Shown here piece after piece: positions 47,776-56,719 of a stretch of 64,000 nucleotides of DNA. The position numbers and the translations under genes were made by a program. Within the stretch, counting starts at the first letter, position 1; the number at the start of each line of letters is the position of its first letter. The stretch is from Promethearchaeota archaeon (GTDB lineage Archaea > Asgardarchaeota > Lokiarchaeia > Sigyniarchaeales > SOKP01): assembly GCA_048940645.1 (NCBI GenBank), contig JBHLOI010000011.1:18204-82203 (forward strand), in the 5' to 3' direction. The notes beneath the pieces were generated by a model. It ran no database searches, was not told the DNA's origin, and saw nothing but the letters and a program-made list of their open reading frames with translations.

Positions 47776-48478
47776 GACATTTATGGAGGAGGATATCATA
47801 TTGTCAGTAGGTTCAAATGATGTAGAAGATATTAAGAAGAGTGAAATAGAAATGAGCAAGGAAACTACTCCAAAGGCTCTTAAGGAAATTTTACAATTTA
47901 AAATTGTATACTGGGGTCCGGGTGAATCTGGAAAAACAACCAATTATTTTCGATTACGTGAAAAGTTTAATGGAATAATATTAAATAAAGGAGTCTCAAT
48001 TGAAACTACGGATGGAAGAACTCTATGGCAAGATTCTATTAGAATTTCTTTCTTTCTAAATCTTGGAGATGTAAAATTCAACATAATTGCTCAGATAGTA
48101 ACATGTACCGGTCAAGAACGCTTTCTCCAAACCAGAGAATATGTACTTGATGGAGCCGACGGAGTGGTTTTTGTTGGAGATTCTAAATATCAAAAAATGG
48201 AACAAAATAAACGTAGCTTTCGGGAATTAGTAAGCTTTACCAAGAAGACTAAAATTCCTTATGTAATACAACTAAATAAGAGAGATATAGAGGATGCCAT
48301 AGCAATTGAAGAGTTTAAAAAGCAACTAGGTTTACCATCATCTGATTTTTATAAAGATGGAACAGCAGTGGTGTATCCAGTAATTGCATTAAGTGGAGAA
48401 AACGTAAAAGAATGCTTTGAAGATTTGATTATTCAGGTTATCTTCAATTATTTTAAGAATAAACTCAATCTAATTTAA
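47762..48478 (+). CDS. mglA: MglA-family small GTPase (true start may be ATG 47783 or 47852)
   Basis: KIVYWGPGESGKTTN, T.DGRTLWQD, TCTGQ, VLDGADGVVFVGDS, QLNKRD. Confidence 0.85.
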   Translation: MDLHKTFMEEDIILSVGSNDVEDIKKSEIEMSKETTPKALKEILQFKIVYWGPGESGKTTNYFRLREKFNGIILNKGVSIETTDGRTLWQDSIRISFFLNLGDVKFNIIAQIVTCTGQERFLQTREYVLDGADGVVFVGDSKYQKMEQNKRSFRELVSFTKKTKIPYVIQLNKRDIEDAIAIEEFKKQLGLPSSDFYKDGTAVVYPVIALSGENVKECFEDLIIQVIFNYFKNKLNLI

Positions 48479-48504
48479 GTTTTAATTGAACCATTATTTT
48501 TTAG

Positions 48505-49683
48505 GTGGATCCTTTGGATACGGGTTATGATTTTATACAACCAGAATTTTTAAACATTCTGTTCTTTCAACAAAAAAGCCTAGTTATAGCTCCCTATGTA
48601 GATTTGAAACATCTTCATTCTCTTGAAATTTTCACAGTCGGTTATAACGTAGTTGATTTAGATTCCACAGCACTACATAATATCAGTGAGATCGTTGAAC
48701 TAGAAAATAATAATTCTTATTCTCAAACTCCATGCTTCTTCTTTATAACTAATATTAACAGCAATCAACTTCATGAAATAATAGAATTAGATAATATCCA
48801 TTGCGTTATTAATGCATGTGAGAAAATTGATTCCACCATTAATAATGGACGTTTTGTTTTTTATAATAAAAAGAATGGATCTTTTTTAAATTATGATCCA
48901 ACTAAAATTAATTTAGAATTTGAAAAACAGCTAATTAATAATTCTAAAAATAAATCTATTTTGCAGGATAAAATTTTGCGAATAAAAAGTATTGCTACCA
49001 CTATTTTCACTGAATTGAATGAAGAATTAAACATAAATAGCCGTAAAATTTCTCAGATCCTCTCTGAATATGATCCTAAATATTGGGATAAAATCCTTGA
49101 TTTTACACGACGCTATTATAAAATTGAGATTCCTAAAGCTGATATTAAGTTCTCTTTCAACAAAAAATCAAAACATTCAAATAAAAAATCGTTAATTGAT
49201 TTCTCAGATGAGTATCATACTATTGTATCTAGCAATAAAAAACTTGGTCGTGAATTTATTCAACTACTTCATGATTACCGCAGCAGAAGAGTAAATCCTT
49301 CAAATTTAGATTTGGAACAACTATATAATCCTCAAAAACTCTATGAATATTTACGAAATAATCATTGGAAAAATGGAATTGATCGGGAATTTTTAACTGA
49401 ATGGCAAAGAATGAACAATACAAAATATACATTAGATAAGGATGATCTCTCTGATTTTTATAGAATATTTAACATTCTTAAAGTTCCTGAGGATATATTA
49501 ATCAATTTCTCAACAGAAATAATGAATTATGATGAGCCTTTTGCCAGTAACAAAGAAGTAATATTTTCAGAACAAAATAATAATAAAGACTCGCAATCTA
49601 ATTCAAATCCTTCAATTAAAAACTTCCCACAATTCAAAAAATGGGTATTAAAAAAATTAGATGAAATTGAAAAATTGCTTTAA
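48505..49683 (+). CDS. Hypothetical protein, probably co-transcribed with mglBA
   Basis: 392 aa ORF 26 nt after mglA; no motif recognised. Confidence 0.7.
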   Translation: MDPLDTGYDFIQPEFLNILFFQQKSLVIAPYVDLKHLHSLEIFTVGYNVVDLDSTALHNISEIVELENNNSYSQTPCFFFITNINSNQLHEIIELDNIHCVINACEKIDSTINNGRFVFYNKKNGSFLNYDPTKINLEFEKQLINNSKNKSILQDKILRIKSIATTIFTELNEELNINSRKISQILSEYDPKYWDKILDFTRRYYKIEIPKADIKFSFNKKSKHSNKKSLIDFSDEYHTIVSSNKKLGREFIQLLHDYRSRRVNPSNLDLEQLYNPQKLYEYLRNNHWKNGIDREFLTEWQRMNNTKYTLDKDDLSDFYRIFNILKVPEDILINFSTEIMNYDEPFASNKEVIFSEQNNNKDSQSNSNPSIKNFPQFKKWVLKKLDEIEKLL

Positions 49684-49689
49684 TTACAA

Positions 49690-49705
49690 TTTTTTCCTTT
49701 AAATA
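49690..49705 (+). promoter_or_regulatory. T6CC-TATA element (leaderless spacing)
   Basis: TTTTTTCCTTTAAATA, exactly 29 nt before ATG 49727. Confidence 0.75.
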
Positions 49706-49726
49706 AGTTTAGTTAATAAAAAAATT

Positions 49727-50113
49727 ATGATGATTCAAGAACCAATTAAAAGGAAAACAAATCTACCTGTTGCACAATGTAGAATATGTCATACTGATAC
49801 AAAAAAACAATCTAAAATCTTAAAATTGGGAAATAATTATGAGATAATTTGTAGTGAATGCTCCAAAATGTTTTCACTTGAAGACATTCATTTAATGTAT
49901 AATATGTTTACTGCCTTTGGTGGATATTTCGGGATGCTAAAAGATACTGTATCTTCTACATATAAAATTATAACCAAATTAGTAAAAGAATATGATTTAC
50001 AAGAAAAGGATTTAAAACCAACTGAAGTTGATGTAAAAGTTCTTTATAAAGCATTGCTCTACGGTATTACTCCGAGGCAGCTAATACAAGGTGTTAAATT
50101 GCTACATGAGTAA
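49727..50113 (+). CDS. C4 zinc-finger protein, paralog of 36733..37113
   Basis: CRIC...ICSEC...FSLEDI...FGGYFG...KALLYGITP. Confidence 0.75.
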   Translation: MMIQEPIKRKTNLPVAQCRICHTDTKKQSKILKLGNNYEIICSECSKMFSLEDIHLMYNMFTAFGGYFGMLKDTVSSTYKIITKLVKEYDLQEKDLKPTEVDVKVLYKALLYGITPRQLIQGVKLLHE

Positions 50114-50219
50114 TTTCTAATTAAGATAGAATTATCATATTATCTGAAAAAATTTTAGAGATCTTTAAATAATGAGAATCATACATTTTTTTTAGTAGAC
50201 TTATATCCGGTTTACAAAA

Positions 50220-50399
50220 ATGGATAAGGAATATCACTGTCCTCGATGTCAAAATCGTAATATAATTGAATATCAGGATTCAATTGAATGCCCTAGATGT
50301 GAGCTTGATTTTGATAAAAAAGATTTAACACTCTATGACGATGATCAAATTCTTTCTCTTCAAGAAAAATCAGGTTTCATTAATTCTTTTGATGATTAA
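50220..50399 (+). CDS. 59 aa zinc-ribbon microprotein MDKEYHCPRC...IECPRCELDF... (not in ORF track)
   Basis: Two CPRC motifs in an intact ATG-TAA frame. Confidence 0.7.
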   Translation: MDKEYHCPRCQNRNIIEYQDSIECPRCELDFDKKDLTLYDDDQILSLQEKSGFINSFDD

Positions 50400-50487
50400 C
50401 GACATTAAAAAATTCTTAATTGTATTTAAAAATAAAAAAATTAATTCTCTCTCTTTTATTATTAAAGTTCTTTTTTTTTAAGTTTAT

Positions 50488-50958
50488 ATGGAAAAACCAA
50501 TCTCATATTTTGATTGGAAATTACATTTTCGGAATAATCTTCCTCATAAAAATAGAAAAAAATCAGCTAATACCAAATCGATTTCTTTAAATGAATTTAA
50601 AGAGTTATTACAGAACTTTTATAAAAAAGAGAGTCTACTTAAAAGTGGAGGGATATTATCTTCTCAATTTGATTTTCAAAATTTAAATTTATCTAATGGA
50701 ATGATTATATGTACTATTAAAAATCCATCTGCTCAGGATTATGAAATTGAGATTAATAAAGAAGGCATGTATATACACCATAGATGTCAAGAATTTCGGA
50801 ATCTCAATAAATTTGAAAAATATTTTTGTTCTCATATAATACGGTTATTCTTCATATTAAAGGAAAATGATAGACAGAAAACAGAAGATTTATTAGATCA
50901 TATATCTTCAAATGACTACAATTTCTTCCCAAACATTAAAAAAAAGACAAAGAAGTAA
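50488..50958 (+). CDS. SWIM-like zinc-finger protein
   Basis: YEIEI...HHRCQEF...FCSHI (HxC...CxH). Confidence 0.6.
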   Translation: MEKPISYFDWKLHFRNNLPHKNRKKSANTKSISLNEFKELLQNFYKKESLLKSGGILSSQFDFQNLNLSNGMIICTIKNPSAQDYEIEINKEGMYIHHRCQEFRNLNKFEKYFCSHIIRLFFILKENDRQKTEDLLDHISSNDYNFFPNIKKKTKK

Positions 50959-51164
50959 AATTTTGGAATTATTATGAAATTAATTTTTCGAGTACTTTAA
51001 ATAACTTAATTAGGATACCAATTTGATCACAAATTTTCAATAGTCTATTCCTATAATTCCTACTCATTGGATGCTATTATTTTCGGAAATATGTTTCCTA
51101 CATATTTCCTCCTATTTTTCAGTTTCAAAGTCTATGACTATAGAATAAGGATAGAGTAAGACAA

Positions 51165-52715
51165 TCATATTTCAAACTTATCGTTCTTTTCTTTCTTTTT
51201 CTTCAAATTTTGCCTATCTTTTTTATCTTCATATAGTTTAACAGGCTTAGAGTAGTCAATAGGCATATCACATATCCAACAAACATTCTCTAGAGCGGTT
51301 ATTGCTCGAGCGCAATTTTCGCAATAAATAGCTCCACACTTACATATGTATGAAAATCTTAGTACTTCACCTCGACAGACTAAGCAAATTTTAGTCTCTT
51401 TGGTAATTGCTACTTTCTCCTCCCTAACATAAGCCGTAGGTATAGTAGGATTTCGAATCATACCCTTAATCTGCTCATCTAAGCGAGCTAAATCAGCACG
51501 ATCTGCCATAGAAGCACCATCACTTTCTAATTTTTGCCATAAGTCTTCCTTTTTAAGTAAATCATCATATTCTTTAGCAATTTTGATCGACAATTGAGTA
51601 AGACCAAATCTTCCAGCTACCTGTTGAGCTTGAGTTAAAAACCGTTTAGCTTTCTTCACATCAAAAGTTAATAATGATAACTTTGCCTGTAAAAGGTGAG
51701 TTTCACACAGAATCCAGTAGGACTGCTGCTGCTCACTAAAATCTATTAATTTTTGGATATATGGTTGTATCTCATCTATTATTTCAGGATAATTAGTAAT
51801 ACGCAGTTCAATAAGGAGTAAATCACAAATATTAATAATGGTAAAAATACGTTTTTTAGCCCAAACTGATTTTATACCACTAGAAATTTCTTCAGTTTCA
51901 ATAATTTGTTTAAAAATTTTTTCAGATTTAACTCTATCTTTTGAACGTAGGCTCATTTTCAACATTAAAGCTTTATAATAGCGATATAAAACGTTATTCA
52001 CTTCACTTTTATCCTTTTCTCTAATCTCACTCATTTGACGGAAGTAATAATTTGCTTCTTTAATATCACCCTTATCAAGCAAAATATCAATCATAAATCC
52101 TAGCTGATATATTAACCAAGGTTGATATTGAATTTTAATAGCTCTCTCTGCATATAATTTCGCCTTTTCATAATCACCCAAAAATTCGTATTTTTCAGCA
52201 ATATTAATAAGACTTGCCGAGGTAAGTTCTTTATTTTTACTGCCCTTTGCAAGTTCAAAAGCTTTTTTATTAAGTTCAAGAGATCGTTGAATCTCTCCTT
52301 TCCAAGTGAAAATATTAGCTTTTATTCTGACCAAAAAAGACTCTCGTTCTCTTAAATCTATTGTTGAAGCTACTTTAATTTTCTTAAAAATATCTTCTGT
52401 TTTTATCATTAAATTTTCAGTTTTACTCACATTCCCTTGCATTATATGAGAAAATGCTTGAATCAGTAAAACATCTAAATATGTGAGTAAATCTTCTTGT
52501 TTCTGACATTCTTGTGATAATTTTTCAGCATGAGCAATTACTTCTGTGAATCGACCTGATTTATAGACCAGGTTTAATTTTACAAGTTTAAAGGAAAGTA
52601 ATTCTTTAGGAGAAAAATCGTCTCTTTTTTCTAATTCTAAAACAATTTGAGAGGATTCCTTAATTTTCCCCTCTTCCATAAGCTTTTTTGCTTGAATCAA
52701 TTTTTTTGATAACAA
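51165..52715 (-). CDS. TPR-repeat protein with C-terminal RING-like C8 zinc finger
   Basis: TPR helices (GEIQRSLELNKKA, GDYEKAKLYAERA); CLVC-x9-CKC-x4-CENC-x10-CWIC. Confidence 0.75.
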   Translation of the reverse strand: MLSKKLIQAKKLMEEGKIKESSQIVLELEKRDDFSPKELLSFKLVKLNLVYKSGRFTEVIAHAEKLSQECQKQEDLLTYLDVLLIQAFSHIMQGNVSKTENLMIKTEDIFKKIKVASTIDLRERESFLVRIKANIFTWKGEIQRSLELNKKAFELAKGSKNKELTSASLINIAEKYEFLGDYEKAKLYAERAIKIQYQPWLIYQLGFMIDILLDKGDIKEANYYFRQMSEIREKDKSEVNNVLYRYYKALMLKMSLRSKDRVKSEKIFKQIIETEEISSGIKSVWAKKRIFTIINICDLLLIELRITNYPEIIDEIQPYIQKLIDFSEQQQSYWILCETHLLQAKLSLLTFDVKKAKRFLTQAQQVAGRFGLTQLSIKIAKEYDDLLKKEDLWQKLESDGASMADRADLARLDEQIKGMIRNPTIPTAYVREEKVAITKETKICLVCRGEVLRFSYICKCGAIYCENCARAITALENVCWICDMPIDYSKPVKLYEDKKDRQNLKKKKEKNDKFEI

Positions 52716-52849
52716 TTCTATTTCTCTTTAGCTTTACTCCTCTCTATAATTTCTTAAAAGATCTAAATAAGGAATTCTAAGTATTCTAAAAATTCGCTTT
52801 AATAGATATTATTATCTCAATCTTTAAAAATCTAATAAAATTAAAAAGT

Positions 52850-53782
52850 CTAAAGCTTATCTCGTAAAAAGAGCATTATTGCTTTTTGACTATGGAGTCG
52901 ATTTTCTGCTTCATCAAAAACTATTGAGTGGGGGCCATCAATTACTTCTGCTGTTTGTTCATATCCTCGCATTGCTGGTAAACAATTCATAAAAATTACA
53001 TCATCTTTAGCTATCTCTATAATTTTTGAATTAACTTGGAATGGCATAAAAGCCATTTTCCTTTCCTCTTCTTTCTCAATTGGTATTCCATAGCTCATCC
53101 AAGAATCAGTATAGATAATATCTGAATCTTTTGCTGCTTCAAAAGCATTATGCAAAACATTTACTTCAGCTCCAGTTGTTTTTGATAACTTTTCAACTTC
53201 ATCCAAAACAATTTGTTCTGGAGTGTATCCATCTCCATTGGGACAAGCAACATCCATCTTCAAACCATATAGGGCGCATATTCGCATCAAATCGTATGTA
53301 ACGTTATTATATGCATCTCCAAAATACGACATTTTTAAATTAGATAACTGACCTTTTTTTTCTTTAATGGTCATAAAATCTGCGAGAATCTGACAAGGAT
53401 GAGCAAAGTCATCAAGCATATTAATAACTGGAACATCGGAATGTTTTGCGAGATCCCAAATATCTTCTCTTTTGAAAACTCGAGCAGCAATTAAATTAAC
53501 ATACCGAGATGCAACTTTAGCTGTATCATGAATGTTTTCTTTTTTGCCAAGAGGAGAATCCTTTATCGAGTAAAATATGGCATGGCCACCTAACTGTTGC
53601 ATCCCTGTTTCAAACGAAATTCTTGTTCTCAGTGATGGTTTCTCAAAAAGCATTAATAATGTTTCGCCTTTTAATGCAGTCATGAAGTTTTCAGGATTTT
53701 TTTTAATTTCAATCGCTTTATTGATTATTTTCTCACATTCTTCTTTAGAGAAATCAGATATTTTTAATAGATGCTGAACCAT
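52850..53782 (-). CDS. argF: Ornithine carbamoyltransferase
   Basis: FEKPSLRTR, HPCQILAD, YTDSWMSYG, NCLP, EAENRLH. Confidence 0.93.
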   Translation of the reverse strand: MVQHLLKISDFSKEECEKIINKAIEIKKNPENFMTALKGETLLMLFEKPSLRTRISFETGMQQLGGHAIFYSIKDSPLGKKENIHDTAKVASRYVNLIAARVFKREDIWDLAKHSDVPVINMLDDFAHPCQILADFMTIKEKKGQLSNLKMSYFGDAYNNVTYDLMRICALYGLKMDVACPNGDGYTPEQIVLDEVEKLSKTTGAEVNVLHNAFEAAKDSDIIYTDSWMSYGIPIEKEEERKMAFMPFQVNSKIIEIAKDDVIFMNCLPAMRGYEQTAEVIDGPHSIVFDEAENRLHSQKAIMLFLRDKL

Positions 53783-53902
53783 TTCTAATATCTCAAAATT
53801 TTTTATTAATAATTATATATTAAAAAGAAAGATTAGATATAAATCAAATAAAGTTAGTCGTTACTGAGAATTAATTCCTTTAATATTGAGGAAGATCAAC
53901 TT

Positions 53903-55540
53903 TTAGACAGGGCGGCGTAATACTTTTCCTGAAAATATCCGCTTTTGTTTATTATTCTCTACAGCAAAAATTCCATTAACGATTACATAGGGGATACCTT
54001 CAGGAAACTGATGCGGTTCCTCATAAGTTGCTTTATCAATTACGGTATCTGGGTTAAAAATAACAAGATCTGCCCAAAAATCTTCCTTTATTAATCCGCG
54101 ATCGGTTAAACCTAATCTTAATGCAGGGAAAGAAGTCATTCTCCGAATTGCATCTTCTAATGTTAATAGTTTTTCTTCTCTAACGTATTTACCTAAAATT
54201 CGTGGATAGGTTCCATAAAATCGAGGATGATATTTACCAAAATTATGTCTACTTGGAAGGCCTACCCCATCTGTACCAACCATATGATATGTACCTGTCA
54301 TGATCCTACGGATGTCTTCTTCTTCCATTGTTTCAAGGGTTACAGTAGAACCACCCTTATCATCAATTAAAATTGAAAATAAGGTTTCCCACTCATCTTT
54401 CATTCCTTTAATTTTTGTAATTTCCGGAATGCTCTTCCCTTCAATATACTTCCATTTCTCAGATACAACAGAGGATAAGTAAACACATTCAAATCCATTT
54501 CTTCTGATAAAATTTTCCCATCCTTCTTTTTGGTTAGTTGTTTCTTTTTTGATTCTTTCTTGAATCATTTTTTCTTTAATACGTTCAAGTAATTTATCAG
54601 GACCACCTTCATGCACCCATGGTGGAAGTAATGCACTTAGAGTAGTCCATCCTCTATTATAAGGGTATTGATCATAAGTAATACTGATGCCACGATTATT
54701 TGCTTCAGCTATGAGTTTTAAAGTTTCCTTGCTTTTGCCCCATGAAATTCTACCTGAAACTTTATGATGAGCAATATGGCCACCTCTACATTCAGATTTT
54801 TCTACAATTTCAATACATTCTCTAATTGCATCAATCACGTTTTTTCCTTCATCACGAATATGAGAAAAGTATAATCCACCATATTTGGCAATCACTTTAG
54901 CCACATCTATGATCTCTTTAGTTTTAGCATAAACCTGAGGAGCATAAATTAAACCAGTACTCATTCCAAAGGCACCAGCTTCCATCGCTTCTATGGCGTA
55001 TTCCTTCATCTTCTCAGTTTCAACAGAAGTAGGGGGGCGATTTTCGTATCCAGGTCCACCAGCAATGCGTATATTTTCAAATCCAACCACAGGAACTAAA
55101 TTTAATACGCACTGATCTTTTTCTAATTTAAATAAATATTCTTTAAAAGTATTCCATGTATATTGATAATCTTTATAAAGAGGAATTATACGAGCATAAA
55201 ATTTTCGAAATTCTTCGACATGATCGGGATGAATGGGGGCTAAACTATTCCCACACATTCCTATAACATTAGTGGTTATACCTTGACGTATGAAAGATTC
55301 CGCTCTATTATAAATTGGCAGAATATAATCAGTGTGAGAATGCGTATCGATGAATCCTGGGCAGATAATCATCTTAACCGCATTAATCTCTCTGGATCCT
55401 TCATTCCTTATTTTTGATCTTATTTTTTTTATCTTCCCATCTTTTATTCCAATTTCTCCATGATACCATGGATTGCCTGTTCCATCAATAATTCTTCCAT
55501 TTCTAATTATTATATCAAAACTCATTTTTACATATTTCAC
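53903..55540 (-). CDS. N-acyl-D-amino-acid deacylase (amidohydrolase)
   Basis: PGFIDTHSHTD, GMSTGLIY, HIRDEG, HPRFYGTYPR, ADLVIF. Confidence 0.9.
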   Translation of the reverse strand: MKYVKMSFDIIIRNGRIIDGTGNPWYHGEIGIKDGKIKKIRSKIRNEGSREINAVKMIICPGFIDTHSHTDYILPIYNRAESFIRQGITTNVIGMCGNSLAPIHPDHVEEFRKFYARIIPLYKDYQYTWNTFKEYLFKLEKDQCVLNLVPVVGFENIRIAGGPGYENRPPTSVETEKMKEYAIEAMEAGAFGMSTGLIYAPQVYAKTKEIIDVAKVIAKYGGLYFSHIRDEGKNVIDAIRECIEIVEKSECRGGHIAHHKVSGRISWGKSKETLKLIAEANNRGISITYDQYPYNRGWTTLSALLPPWVHEGGPDKLLERIKEKMIQERIKKETTNQKEGWENFIRRNGFECVYLSSVVSEKWKYIEGKSIPEITKIKGMKDEWETLFSILIDDKGGSTVTLETMEEEDIRRIMTGTYHMVGTDGVGLPSRHNFGKYHPRFYGTYPRILGKYVREEKLLTLEDAIRRMTSFPALRLGLTDRGLIKEDFWADLVIFNPDTVIDKATYEEPHQFPEGIPYVIVNGIFAVENNKQKRIFSGKVLRRPV

Positions 55541-55550
55541 TGTAGAATTT

Positions 55551-56717
55551 TTATTTTAACTCTTCTTCTTGACAAAATTCACGTGAACCTCTAAGATCTG
55601 TTAAAATTTCATTATCTTTTGATGTTAAGTTATCAATTAAGATACGACTTATTAATTCTCCTACTCCCGGTCCTAACATAAATCCTTGCCCACACATACC
55701 AACAGCATTTATATAACCTTCAATATTATCAAATTTTCCTACTATAGGATTACCATCAGGAGTCATGGGATATAATCCCCGCCATGTTCGCCTTATCTTT
55801 ATATTTCTTAATCTAGGTAATAATCTTATCATACGTTTTGCAATTTGAGGTAAAAATGAGCTAGTTTCTCTTCTATCAAATCCTATGATGTTAGGTTTAG
55901 GAGTTAGACAGAATATTATTTTCCCTTCTTTATTTTGATAAAAATAGTAATTTTTAGAATTTCCAAATAAGGAATCTACTGCTGGTTGAATATCAACTAC
56001 CATAGTGGAGAAAAAATTCTGTACAGGCTCAGTGATACCAGCTTCATGTGACTCAGGTGTTACCGGTAAATCAGTTCCAATCATCTGACCTATATCTTTA
56101 GCATATGCTCCAGCAGCATTAACTACATTTTGAGTTTTATATGAGTTTTTAGTGGTTTTAACTCCAATTATTTTACTATTTTTAGTTAAGATATCAATTA
56201 CTTTTTCATTGAATTTATATTCTGCTCCATTATTTTTTGAATGGCGATAAAACGCATGTAAGGATAATAAAGGCGAACAATTTCCATCCTCCGGGCTATG
56301 AGTTCCCCCATACAAATTTTCTCCATTAATTCCAGGAATTAAATTTTTAATTTTTTCTGGGGTAACATAATCAATATTAAGCCCATAACCTTTTTGAAGT
56401 TTAACAGTGTTTCTAAGCACTTTTTCATCCTTTTCTGTAAAAGCCAGAAATGTATAACCACCCTGAGACCACCAAATATCATCTCCATACTTTTCTTCCC
56501 AAGTAGAAAATATCTCAATAGATCTTTGACACAACCAAATCTTACTTTTCTGGGAATGTGTGGCTCTTATACCCCCTATTGCATGCTTGTTGTCAGCTTG
56601 TGCTACTGATGGTAATATATCAATTACCAGAGTTTTTAAATTTTTTTTAGATGTCGCCAAAGCTGTTGGAACCCCTATGCTTCCAGCTCCGATAATGATA
56701 ACATCATATTCTGTCAT
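55551..56717 (-). CDS. FAD-dependent oxidoreductase, proline dehydrogenase/sarcosine oxidase beta-subunit family
   Basis: GAGSIG, VVNAAG, RTWRGLYPMTPDGNPIVG, GQGFMLGP. Confidence 0.88.
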   Translation of the reverse strand: MTEYDVIIIGAGSIGVPTALATSKKNLKTLVIDILPSVAQADNKHAIGGIRATHSQKSKIWLCQRSIEIFSTWEEKYGDDIWWSQGGYTFLAFTEKDEKVLRNTVKLQKGYGLNIDYVTPEKIKNLIPGINGENLYGGTHSPEDGNCSPLLSLHAFYRHSKNNGAEYKFNEKVIDILTKNSKIIGVKTTKNSYKTQNVVNAAGAYAKDIGQMIGTDLPVTPESHEAGITEPVQNFFSTMVVDIQPAVDSLFGNSKNYYFYQNKEGKIIFCLTPKPNIIGFDRRETSSFLPQIAKRMIRLLPRLRNIKIRRTWRGLYPMTPDGNPIVGKFDNIEGYINAVGMCGQGFMLGPGVGELISRILIDNLTSKDNEILTDLRGSREFCQEEELK

Positions 56718-56719
56718 AA

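Noticed and set aside
10000-52800. Block as provirus, integrated plasmid or ICE
   Set aside because: No integrase, relaxase, primase, capsid, terminase, flanking tRNA or att-like direct repeat was recognised, and composition looks like the flanks. Not excluded, but unsupported.
53814-53832. Partial pyrimidine-TATA match (CTTTCTTTTTAATATA) upstream of argF
   Set aside because: The T-tract is interrupted and the gene is metabolic and outside the block. Kept as a caveat on motif specificity, not counted as a member.
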